This document shows, piece after piece, positions 8,666 to 16,907 of a stretch of DNA of 56,903 bases (within the stretch, counting starts at the first letter, position 1; every line of letters begins with the position of its first letter). The position numbers and the translations under genes were made by a program. Source of the stretch: Thermoflexales bacterium (lineage in GTDB: Bacteria > Chloroflexota > Anaerolineae > J036 > Brachytrichaceae). Under the pieces are notes generated by a model that saw only the letters and a program-made list of their open reading frames with translations, was not told the DNA's origin and made no database searches. The stretch is from NCBI GenBank assembly GCA_034431495.1, contig DAOUDB010000064.1, forward strand, positions 1 through 56,903, read 5' to 3'.

Positions 8666-10153
8666 ATGGTAATTATTCGTATACCCACGCCGCTGCGACC
8701 CTATGTCGGCGGTAGCAAAGAAGTGACGGCAGAATCCGGGACTGTGCAAAGTGTGTTGGCCTCTCTGGTGGATCGTTATCCTGATCTGAAGCGGCATCTG
8801 TTCAACGACACAGGCAAACCGCGCTCGTTTGTCAATGTATATCTCGGAGATGAAGACGTGCGCCATCTGCAAGGCTTCGAGACACCCGTACCGGATGGGG
8901 CGCAGTTGAGCATCGTGCCGAGTGTGGCGGGCGGCCGCCCCACTGTTCCACTGGCGCATGGGGACCTCGATGAGAGCGAGGGAGAAGAGGAAAGGCTCTC
9001 GAACGCCGAGATCCGGCGCTATTCGCGCCACCTCATCATGCCCGAAGTGGGCATGAAGGGGCAGAAGAAGTTGAAAGCCGGCAGCGTGCTGCTCGTGGGG
9101 GCGGGCGGGCTTGGCTCGCCGGCGGCAATGTATCTGGCCGCCGCCGGCGTGGGCCGCATCGGCATCGTCGATTTCGACACGGTCAGCGAGTCGAACTTGC
9201 AGCGGCAGATCATTCACGGCCAGAGCACGGTGAGCAAGCCCAAGCTGGAGAGCGCCAAGGCTCGCTTGCTCGACATCAATCCGTTCATCCGCGTCGACGG
9301 GTTCGAGGAGCCGCTAACCAGTCAGAACGCGCTGCGTCTATTTGCCGACTACGACGTGATTGTGGACGGCACAGACAACTTCCCCACGCGCTATCTGGTC
9401 AACGACGCCTGCGTGCTGCTGGGCAAGCCGAATGTGTATGGCAGCATCTTTCGGTTCGAGGGGCAGGCGTCTGTGTTCTGGGCCGAGCGCGGGCCGTGCT
9501 ACCGCTGCCTGTATCCCGAACCGCCCCCGCCCGGCCTGGTGCCCTCATGCGCCGAGGGCGGCGTGCTGGGCGTGCTGCCGGGCGTCATCGGCGTCATTCA
9601 GGCCACCGAGGCGGTCAAGCTGATCGCCGGCATCGGCGAGCCGCTGGTGGGCCGGCTGATGTTGTACGACGCGCTCGATATGCGCTTCCGCGAGTTGAAG
9701 CTGCGCAAAGACCCCGACTGCCCCATCTGCGGCGAGCATCGCACGATCCACGAGTTGATCGACTATGAAGCGTTCTGCGGGATGCCGGCCATCGACCCCG
9801 ACTCCGCCGGCCAGTCTGCCGCGCGGCCCGATGTGCCCGAGATCACGGTGACCGAGCTGCGCGACCGGATTGCGGCCGGCCTGTCGGGCGCGACCCTGAT
9901 CGACGTGCGCGAGCCGCCGGAGTGGGAGATCGCTCACCTGCCGGCCGCCCGCCTGATTCCCAAAGGCGAACTGCCCGGCCGACTGGGTGAGTTGAGCCAG
10001 ACCGATGAAATCCTCGTCCATTGTCGCAGCGGCGTGCGCAGCGCGGACGCTGTGCTCTTTCTGCGTCAGATGGGCTTTAAGAAAGTGAAGAACGTCAAGG
10101 GTGGTATTCTTGCCTGGGCGCGGGAAGTCGATCCATCCGTGCCGGTGTATTGA
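8666..10153 (+). CDS. Fusion protein: CysO/MoaD-like ubiquitin-fold sulfur carrier (aa 1-90, ending AGG) + ThiF/MoeB E1-like adenylyltransferase + rhodanese (MoeZ-type)
   Basis: N-terminus: IRIPTPLRPYVGGSKEV...FVNVYLGDEDVR...DGAQLSIVPSVAGG. E1 part: nucleotide loop VLLVGAGGLGSP, CxxC pairs (CYRC, CPIC). Rhodanese active-site loop VHCRSGVRS. Confidence 0.88.
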   Translation: MVIIRIPTPLRPYVGGSKEVTAESGTVQSVLASLVDRYPDLKRHLFNDTGKPRSFVNVYLGDEDVRHLQGFETPVPDGAQLSIVPSVAGGRPTVPLAHGDLDESEGEEERLSNAEIRRYSRHLIMPEVGMKGQKKLKAGSVLLVGAGGLGSPAAMYLAAAGVGRIGIVDFDTVSESNLQRQIIHGQSTVSKPKLESAKARLLDINPFIRVDGFEEPLTSQNALRLFADYDVIVDGTDNFPTRYLVNDACVLLGKPNVYGSIFRFEGQASVFWAERGPCYRCLYPEPPPPGLVPSCAEGGVLGVLPGVIGVIQATEAVKLIAGIGEPLVGRLMLYDALDMRFRELKLRKDPDCPICGEHRTIHELIDYEAFCGMPAIDPDSAGQSAARPDVPEITVTELRDRIAAGLSGATLIDVREPPEWEIAHLPAARLIPKGELPGRLGELSQTDEILVHCRSGVRSADAVLFLRQMGFKKVKNVKGGILAWAREVDPSVPVY

Positions 10154-10174
10154 GTCCATGCGTCATTGGGCCAT

Positions 10175-11926
10175 ATGTCGCGCGAGGGCGCCGATGACCC
10201 CATGAGCGAACGGCCAAACGGCCATACAGGCGAATCTGCTGTGGCACAAGCACTCTACCGCAAGTGGCGTCCCCAGTCCTTCGACGAAGTGGTTGGGCAG
10301 GAGCACGTCACGGTAACACTGAAGAACCAGATTGCGAGTGGTCGGGTGGGCCATGCCTATCTGTTTGTCGGCTCGCGCGGATGCGGCAAGACCACGACGG
10401 CGCGCATCCTGGCCAAAGAGATCAACCTGCAAGGGCTTGATCCGGCCAGCCCTCACACGGCGCAACTGGCCGAGGCGATCAGCGAAGGCCGGGCGCTCGA
10501 CGTGATCGAGTTCGACGCAGCCACTCATACGCAGGTCGAAAAGATGCGCGAGATCATCGACAAGGTGGTCTTTCAGCCGAACGAGTTGCGCTACAAGGTC
10601 TACATCATCGACGAAGTGCACATGCTGTCGGTGTCGGCGTTCAACGCACTGCTGAAAACGCTGGAGGAGCCGCCGCCGCATGTGGTGTTCATCCTTGCCA
10701 CCACAGACCCGCAGAAAATCCCGGCCACGGTGCTGTCGCGCTGCCAGCGCTTCAACTTCAAACGCGTGCCGGTGCGGCTCATCGTCGGGCGGCTGCGCGA
10801 GATTTGCCAGGCCGAGGGGATCGAGGCCGACGATCACGCCCTCACTCTGATAGCGCGCCAGGCGACCGGCGCTATGCGCGACGCCATCAGTCTGCTCGAT
10901 CAACTGGCCTCCTCGAGTTCGATGCGCATTTCGGCGGATGATGTGCGCGAGGCGTTGGGCGCCACCGATGCGGCGACCGTGCGCGGCGTAATGGAAGGGA
11001 TGATGCGGCGCAATCCGGCTGCCGGGCTGGACGCCATTCAGTCGGCTATCGATCAGGGCGCCGATGCGCGCCAACTGGCCCGGCAGATGGTGGACTACCT
11101 GCGCGCCATTTTGCAGGCCAAGCTCGCGCCGCAAGAGTCGCAGGCCGGCCAGGCCGATTTGAGCGAAGCGGAGCGACTGGAGCTGGCAGACTATGCCGTC
11201 GGCATGAGCGCCGGCATGATTCTGCGCAGCATCCGCGCCTTCAGCGCAGCCGTGAATGACATGCGCGGCAACATCGACGCCCAACTGGCGCTCGAACTGG
11301 CGTTCCTGGAGTGTGTGACCGCAACGGGGGATGTGGCGGGTGATATCCGCGATGGCGCGCTCCGGCCCGAAGCGGCCGAACAGCCGGCTGCGCGCTCGGG
11401 CGCAGACTCGCGGCCGCGCGCAGCATCGCGAGCCATACCCCAGCCAGAGAAGGCAGTGCCGGGCGAAACTGGCAATGCGACGGCGCGGGCTGAGGCCGGC
11501 AGGCCGGCGACATCTGAGAGCGGCACGCGACCGGTCGCTTCGTCTCCTGCGCCGAGGAGTGCCAGCGACAGCGCAGACAAAGTCAGCCGGGAGGGTGAAG
11601 CCGGTCTCGACACGCTGCGCGTAGCCTGGAAGCAGTTGATCCAGGATGTGAACGCCACCAACAAGCCGGCGGCGGCGCTGTTGCGATCGTGCCGGCCCCA
11701 GGCGATCGAGGGTGACGTGGTGCGCATTCAGGCCGACCACGACTTGTTCAAGACGCGCCTGGAAGACCCGAAAAACAAGCTGGCCGTTGTCAATGCGCTG
11801 AATCGGCTGCTGAACGGCAAGTACAGCCTGGTGGTATCGTCGGCCCAGCAGCCCGAGCCGGAACCGGGCGAGGATCCGCTGCTGAAGGCGGCGCAACGGC
11901 TGGGTGGCCGGGTGCGTGAAGGATGA
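10175..11926 (+). CDS. dnaX: DNA polymerase III subunit gamma/tau
   Basis: ALYRKWRPQSFDEVVGQEHV, Walker A GSRGCGKTT, YKVYIIDEVHMLS, LKTLEEPP, SRCQRF. Start is ambiguous: TTG 10166, ATG 10175 or ATG 10202. Confidence 0.93.
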   Translation: MSREGADDPMSERPNGHTGESAVAQALYRKWRPQSFDEVVGQEHVTVTLKNQIASGRVGHAYLFVGSRGCGKTTTARILAKEINLQGLDPASPHTAQLAEAISEGRALDVIEFDAATHTQVEKMREIIDKVVFQPNELRYKVYIIDEVHMLSVSAFNALLKTLEEPPPHVVFILATTDPQKIPATVLSRCQRFNFKRVPVRLIVGRLREICQAEGIEADDHALTLIARQATGAMRDAISLLDQLASSSSMRISADDVREALGATDAATVRGVMEGMMRRNPAAGLDAIQSAIDQGADARQLARQMVDYLRAILQAKLAPQESQAGQADLSEAERLELADYAVGMSAGMILRSIRAFSAAVNDMRGNIDAQLALELAFLECVTATGDVAGDIRDGALRPEAAEQPAARSGADSRPRAASRAIPQPEKAVPGETGNATARAEAGRPATSESGTRPVASSPAPRSASDSADKVSREGEAGLDTLRVAWKQLIQDVNATNKPAAALLRSCRPQAIEGDVVRIQADHDLFKTRLEDPKNKLAVVNALNRLLNGKYSLVVSSAQQPEPEPGEDPLLKAAQRLGGRVREG

Positions 11927-11993
11927 TTCCGATTTTGGATTTTGGATTTTCGATTTTGGATTTGGGATTGAGAATTGACGATTGACGATTGAC
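11924..11993. repeat. Array of about 10 tandem heptamers (GATTTTG x5, grading into GATTGAC x3)
   Basis: Read directly from the sequence. Begins at the dnaX stop codon and fills the dnaX-ybaB spacer. Confidence 0.85.
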
Positions 11994-12031
11994 GAGAGCA
12001 ATCGACAAGAGATGCAAGTAGAGGAGACACA

Positions 12032-12385
12032 ATGGCAAAAGGACGACGAGCAGACTGGACGCCACGCGGGCCGGCCAATCCGCAGGCCGACATGATGAGC
12101 AAGCTGCAGAAAATGCAGGAAGAAATGCGCAAGACGCAGGAGGAGTTGGAGAGCGAGATCGTCAATGTGACAGCCGCCGGCGGCGCTATCACCATCGCTA
12201 TCACCGGCCATCAACGCGTCCAGAGCATCAAGATCGACCCCGGACTGGTTGATCCGAATGATATGGGCATGCTGGAAGATGCGCTGGTCGCTGCCGTGAA
12301 CGAGGCGATCCTCGCGTCGCAGACGCATTCTGCCCAGCGGCTTGAAGCGATTACCGGCGGCTTGAACATTCCGGGGCTGATGTGA
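12032..12385 (+). CDS. ybaB: YbaB/EbfC-family nucleoid-associated protein
   Basis: MMSKLQKMQEEMRKTQEEL...V..TAAGGAITIAITG...I.IDP...DP.D..MLEDALVAAVNEA. Canonical position between dnaX and recR. GAGGAG RBS. Confidence 0.9.
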   Translation: MAKGRRADWTPRGPANPQADMMSKLQKMQEEMRKTQEELESEIVNVTAAGGAITIAITGHQRVQSIKIDPGLVDPNDMGMLEDALVAAVNEAILASQTHSAQRLEAITGGLNIPGLM

Positions 12386-12450
12386 GTGATCGCGTCATTG
12401 GCGCGTAAAGACCATCTGGCCGGGATGCAATTGGCTCACCGCGCCCCTGA

Positions 12451-13092
12451 ATGTGCGCTGAAAGCATGACAACACCCAACAGAACCCTCCCGCCCTCGGT
12501 GGTGCGGCTGATTGATGCCTTTGCGCAATTGCCGGGCATCGGGCCAAAGTCGGCCTCGAGGCTGGCATACTATCTGCTGCGCGCGCCGTCAGAGATCTCG
12601 CTCACGCTGGCAGATGCACTGCGCGACCTGAAGACACTCACCCGATTGTGCTCGGTCTGTCTCAATATCACCGAGCGCGACCCGTGCGAGATTTGCAGCG
12701 ACCCGGCCCGCGACCAGAGCCTGATCTGCGTGGTGGAGGAGCCGCTGGACGTGGTGGCGATCGAGCGCTCGCGCAGCTTCACCGGCGTCTACCACGTCTT
12801 GCACGGGGTCATTTCGCCGATGAACGGTATTGGGCCGGATGACCTGCGCCTGCGCGAGTTGCTGTCGCGCGTCGAGAAGAGCAACGCGACGGGCCAGCCG
12901 GTGCGCGAAGTCATTCTGGCCACGAACCCCACGCTCGAAGGCGAGAACACCGCCTCGTTCATTCAGCGCAAACTGGCGGGGGCCGGCGCGCGCGTGACGC
13001 GGCTGGCGCGCGGCCTGCCCGTTGGCGGCGATCTGGAGTACGCCGACGAGATCACCCTCAGCCGCGCGCTCGAAGGGCGCCAGCAGATGTAG
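12451..13092 (+). CDS. recR: Recombination protein RecR
   Basis: LIDAFAQLPGIGPKSASRLAYYLL (HhH), zinc-finger C..C...CEIC, Toprim VCVVEEP.D..AIE, and C-terminal GLPVGGDLEYAD. ATG 12466 is an alternative start. Confidence 0.93.
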   Translation: MCAESMTTPNRTLPPSVVRLIDAFAQLPGIGPKSASRLAYYLLRAPSEISLTLADALRDLKTLTRLCSVCLNITERDPCEICSDPARDQSLICVVEEPLDVVAIERSRSFTGVYHVLHGVISPMNGIGPDDLRLRELLSRVEKSNATGQPVREVILATNPTLEGENTASFIQRKLAGAGARVTRLARGLPVGGDLEYADEITLSRALEGRQQM

Positions 13093-13297
13093 CCGGCGAC
13101 TCGACATCGCCGTTCGGCGATTCGTCGGCGATGTGTCAGGCAGTCGTTGCGTCAGCGTATATCCTCAACGACATGTGCCAACCTGTGTGGGAGGGCTTTG
13201 CCTCGTCTGGTAATGCAACTGGCTCGTCCCTCTGTTCGTAGCAAGCCACAGGATTAGTGACTCGCCGTGGGCAGCGGCATACAAAAAAGGAGCAGAA

Positions 13298-14098
13298 ATG
13301 ACAGAAGCGTTTACCAATATCGCCGGGCAGCGGCTGGATGTGCCGGACCCGGCTGTGGCCCTTAGCGGCGCCACGATGGGTGGGGCCCCTTATCAAGTGC
13401 TGGGCACGATCATGCAGTCGCTGGTGATCCATCTCCGAGCCGGCCAGACGGTGTACACGGAGACCGGCGCGCTGTCGTGGATGCAGGACGGCATCCGCAT
13501 GGACACCAACATGCGCGGCGGGCTGGGCGGCATCCTGGGCCGGGTGTTCACCGGCGAATCGCTGTTTGTGGCCAACTTCACGGCCGAGCGTGACAATGCC
13601 ATGATTGCCTTCAGCAGCGAGTTCCCCGGCAAGATCATTCCGGTGAATCTCGCGCAAGGCCAATCCATTGTGGCGCAACGGGATTCATTTCTCGTCGCCG
13701 AGAAAAGCGTGAATATGGCTGTGCAATTCCAGCGGCGGTTTGGCGCGTTCTTCGGCGGCGAGGGTCTGCTGATGCAGCGCTTCGACGGCCCCGGCACCGT
13801 GTTCGCGGCGCTGGATGGCGAGGTGGTCGAGTACACGCTGGCAGCCGGCGAGCGGCTGAAGGTGGATACCGGTCACGTGGCCATGTTCGAGCCAACGGTC
13901 AACTTCACTGTGGAAATGGTGAAGGGGTTCAAGAACATTCTCTTCGGCGGCGAGGGGTTGTTGTTTGCCACGCTGACGGGGCCAGGGCGGATCTGGCTGC
14001 AAACGATGCCCATGTCGAAGCTGGCCGGCGCGATCGCGCGCTATCTGCCGGCAGCCGAGGGCAGCAAGCAGGGCCTTGGCATCAATCTCGGCAGCTGA
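13298..14098 (+). CDS. AIM24/TIGR00266-family protein (DUF124)
   Basis: Repetitive beta-rich pattern (GESLFVANF..., GGEGLLMQRFDGPGTVF, GGEGLLFATLTGPGRIWLQTMP) typical of this family. AAGGAG RBS. Confidence 0.75.
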   Translation: MTEAFTNIAGQRLDVPDPAVALSGATMGGAPYQVLGTIMQSLVIHLRAGQTVYTETGALSWMQDGIRMDTNMRGGLGGILGRVFTGESLFVANFTAERDNAMIAFSSEFPGKIIPVNLAQGQSIVAQRDSFLVAEKSVNMAVQFQRRFGAFFGGEGLLMQRFDGPGTVFAALDGEVVEYTLAAGERLKVDTGHVAMFEPTVNFTVEMVKGFKNILFGGEGLLFATLTGPGRIWLQTMPMSKLAGAIARYLPAAEGSKQGLGINLGS

Positions 14099-14115
14099 CA
14101 AACAGATGGGTCAAA

Positions 14116-14140
14116 GCGGGCAGGGACAAGCCCTGCCCGC
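14116..14140 (-). terminator. 10-bp GC hairpin (gcgggcaggg acaag ccctgcccgc) between convergent genes
   Basis: Perfect stem. On the minus strand it is followed by TTTGACC. Lies 23 nt past the desaturase stop. Confidence 0.5.
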
Positions 14141-14162
14141 CAGGTATGTGTGCGCGCCGATG

Positions 14163-15293
14163 TCATGCGCGGGCCGGCGCAGGTTGGGGACGCTGCCCCA
14201 ATTGCCTGAGTGTGCGCAGGTGGCCGGCAATAGCTGCGCGCCAGGTGGGGTAGGTGAAGTACTTCACGCCGAATTCGCGGCAGGTCTCCTGCACGATCTT
14301 CGACAGCCGGGGGTAGTGAATGTGGCAGATGTGCGGCATCAGGTGATGCTCGATCTGGAAGTTCAGACCGCCGGCGTACCAGTTCAACACCTTGTTGCCG
14401 GGCGCAAAGTTCACCGTGGTTTCCACTTGATGAATGGCCCATTCGTTCTCAACATGCAAGGGGTCGCCGCTCGGCTCCGGGAACTGCGCTTCTTCCATCA
14501 CGTGCGCAAGCTGGAAGATGGTCGTCAACGCAAAGCCGATGGTGAACATGACGATGAGGAACCCGATGATCACCTGCCACCACGGGAACACCAGCAACGG
14601 CAAGCCAAGCAGAATCGTCAGGATGGTGAGCTTGCCGCCCCAGAAGATGAAATGCTCTTTGAGGCTGAGGGGCGGATAGTGATGGTGCTCGTCAGTCTTG
14701 CCGGTGAAATAGATTTGGAAATCACGGAACAGTAGCCATTGCAGGCCGGCCAGGCTGTACACGAAGGGGACGTACAGATGCTGGAAGCGGTGATAGGGCT
14801 TCCAGTGATCGTGAGGGCTGAAGCGCAACAGGCCGTTGGTTTCCAGATCCTCATCCAGGCCGGCGATGTTCGTGTAGGTGTGGTGCCAGACGTTGTGTTT
14901 CTGTCGCCAGAACGCGCTCGAACTGCCGAGCAGCTCCATGGTCATGCCCATGATCCTGTTGATCCAGGGATGTTTTGAATAAGCGCCGTGGATGGCATCG
15001 TGCATGACGTTGAATCCCATGCCGGCTGTGGCCAGGCCAAACGACACGCACAGGGCGATGTTGATCAGGGGATGGAACCCGCCCAGCATGATGAGCAGAT
15101 AACTTCCCAGCCACCAGGCCATGATGATGGTTGTCTTGAGATACATGGCCGGCGCGTCTTTGGCCGGCAGCTTGTGCTCGGCCATGTAGGCTTCGATTCT
15201 CTGGGTGAGGGCCTTGCGGAAACCGACTTGCCTGGTGAAGGGCACAGAACGAACGGGGGAGGAACTTTGCTTTACAACCGACAGTATTGACAT
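14163..15293 (-). CDS. Membrane fatty-acid (acyl-lipid/acyl-CoA) desaturase
   Basis: Three histidine boxes (HDAIHG, HNVWHH, QIEHHL) with intervening TM segments. Start trimmed to the ATG at 15293; the ORF-track start at 15308 is TTG. Confidence 0.88.
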   Translation of the reverse strand: MSILSVVKQSSSPVRSVPFTRQVGFRKALTQRIEAYMAEHKLPAKDAPAMYLKTTIIMAWWLGSYLLIMLGGFHPLINIALCVSFGLATAGMGFNVMHDAIHGAYSKHPWINRIMGMTMELLGSSSAFWRQKHNVWHHTYTNIAGLDEDLETNGLLRFSPHDHWKPYHRFQHLYVPFVYSLAGLQWLLFRDFQIYFTGKTDEHHHYPPLSLKEHFIFWGGKLTILTILLGLPLLVFPWWQVIIGFLIVMFTIGFALTTIFQLAHVMEEAQFPEPSGDPLHVENEWAIHQVETTVNFAPGNKVLNWYAGGLNFQIEHHLMPHICHIHYPRLSKIVQETCREFGVKYFTYPTWRAAIAGHLRTLRQLGQRPQPAPARA

Positions 15294-15386
15294 GCTTCTT
15301 TCGATCAAACTCCATTGCCAACGATTTGAGTGATTATAGCCGCGCGGTCGGCGAGGGGGCGCTTTCGTGCGAAGTTTTCGCGTAAA

Positions 15387-15408
15387 AGGGCAGGGCCCGC
15401 CCTGCCCT
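15387..15408 (-). terminator. Hairpin agggcagggc cc gccctgccct followed by a T-run on the minus strand
   Basis: Lies 14 nt past the sugar-transferase stop (15422). The minus-strand RNA would read stem-loop then UUUUACG. Confidence 0.55.
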
Positions 15409-15421
15409 CTGGCGGTGGGAC

Positions 15422-16831
15422 TCAGTAAGCGCCGCGCGTGGACAACAGGTAGGGGATGGTTTTCAGCGCAATCTTGATATCCTGCGACAGCGACCAGTTT
15501 TCGATGTAGTAGATGTCGAGCAGACAGGTTTCGTCAAAGGTCAATTCGCTGCGGCCGCTGATTTGTGACAGGCCGGTGATGCCCGGCTTGACGCGCAGCC
15601 GTTCGCGCTGCCAGTCGGCGTAGCGCGCCACTTCTTCGGGCAGGTTGGGGCGCGGGCCGACGATGCTCATGTCGCCGCGCAAGACGTTCCAGAATTGCAG
15701 GAGTTCGTCGATGCTCAGCCGGCGAATGATGCGCCCGATTCTGGTGAGGCGAGGATCGTTGCGCATCTTGAACAACGGGCCGTCGGCCTCGTTGTAAGCC
15801 AGCAGTTCATTCTTGAGGGTGTCGGCGTCTGCGCGCATCGAGCGCAATTTGTAGAGCTTGAAACGTCGGCCATCCTGGCCGACCCGGATTTGCGAGAACA
15901 CCGGCGAGCCGGGCGATTCCAGGCGCACTAAAATTGCAGTCAGCGCGATGATAGGCCAGGTGAGCAACAACACGAGCGATGCGCCGAGCAAGTCGAACAG
16001 GCGCTTGGCGATCTGGTCGCCCCGCCCTATGCGCCGCTGGTTCGCAGTCAAGAGCGGAATGCCGCCGAAATCATCCACATCGATGCGGGTCAGGTTGAGT
16101 TGCAACAGCGACGGCGCGACATGCACGCGCACGCGATGGGACTCGCACAGGCGCATTACCTGCATGATCTTTGGCTGTGCTGACCAGGGGAGCGTGATCA
16201 CCACGTCGTCCACGGCGCTCCGGCCGATCACGTCTGGCAGACAAGTGAGCGAGCCGAGCGCCAGAAAGCGGCCGATGTTGGTGGCGCCGCGCTCGGGGTC
16301 GTCGTCGACGAAGCCGACGCACTGATAGCCCAGTTCGGGCCGGGCCACGATGGCGCGCATGACGGCCCGGCCCAGTTCGCCCGCGCCAACGATCAATACC
16401 CGCGCCACGCCGATCCCCTTGCGCCGCAGATGCGCCTCGATCAGGCCGCGCGCCCAGCGCGCGATGCCCAACAGGATGATGGTGATTGCGCCGGCCTGCA
16501 GGATCAGCAGCCGCGAATACGTCAGCGGCCGGAATATGAAGATGAAAGCCAGAACAATGATGATTCCCTTGGCTGTGCCGTTGGTGATGGCGTACATCTG
16601 ATCCAGCCACGACGGCGCGCGGCGATTGGCGTACACGCCGTCGAGCTGATACAGAATGAGCAGCGTCAGGGTGAACGTCAACTGGATCGGCCAGTAATCG
16701 ATCAACTGCGCTTCGAAGCCGGTCTCGCGAAACCACTGCCAGTCATAGCGCATGACGTAGCCGATAACAAAGCTGATGTTGATCAGACAGGCGTCGATCA
16801 ACACGTTGAGAGGGCGGCTCTTGGTAAACAT
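15422..16831 (-). CDS. Polyprenyl-phosphate sugar phosphotransferase (WbaP/exopolysaccharide priming glycosyltransferase family)
   Basis: C-terminal bacterial sugar-transferase domain: KRLFDL..., SPVFSQIRVGQDGRRFKLYKLRSM, GPLFKMRNDPRLTRIGRIIRRLSIDELLQFWNVLRGDMSIVGPRP. N-terminal TM segments plus a Rossmann segment VLIVGAGELG. Start trimmed to the ATG at 16831 to avoid overlapping the upstream gene. Confidence 0.9.
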   Translation of the reverse strand: MFTKSRPLNVLIDACLINISFVIGYVMRYDWQWFRETGFEAQLIDYWPIQLTFTLTLLILYQLDGVYANRRAPSWLDQMYAITNGTAKGIIIVLAFIFIFRPLTYSRLLILQAGAITIILLGIARWARGLIEAHLRRKGIGVARVLIVGAGELGRAVMRAIVARPELGYQCVGFVDDDPERGATNIGRFLALGSLTCLPDVIGRSAVDDVVITLPWSAQPKIMQVMRLCESHRVRVHVAPSLLQLNLTRIDVDDFGGIPLLTANQRRIGRGDQIAKRLFDLLGASLVLLLTWPIIALTAILVRLESPGSPVFSQIRVGQDGRRFKLYKLRSMRADADTLKNELLAYNEADGPLFKMRNDPRLTRIGRIIRRLSIDELLQFWNVLRGDMSIVGPRPNLPEEVARYADWQRERLRVKPGITGLSQISGRSELTFDETCLLDIYYIENWSLSQDIKIALKTIPYLLSTRGAY

Positions 16832-16907
16832 GCGTTGCGTCACACCGCTCCTGGCCCGGCCCCGGCCGGCGGCCAGGACGCGCCCGGCTGCCGGATCGAG
16901 GCCGGCG

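Noticed and set aside
10175-11926. Programmed frameshift or slippage site in dnaX (gamma versus tau)
   Set aside because: I found no A AAA AAG-type heptamer or long A-run in the appropriate middle part of the gene. The only A5 run (about 11770) is near the C-terminus. There is no support from sequence alone.
11924-11993. Possibility that the short tandem arrays (also 274-308, 26829-26876, 29380-29403) are CRISPR arrays
   Set aside because: The units are 7-8 bp and directly abutting, with no unique spacers. No cas genes are present in the window.
10163-12328. 721-aa minus-strand ORF antisense to dnaX and ybaB
   Set aside because: It is Arg/Ala/His-rich and low-complexity, with no motifs. It fully overlaps two strongly supported plus-strand genes. 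Long antisense ORFs are expected at about 65% GC because stop codons are rare.
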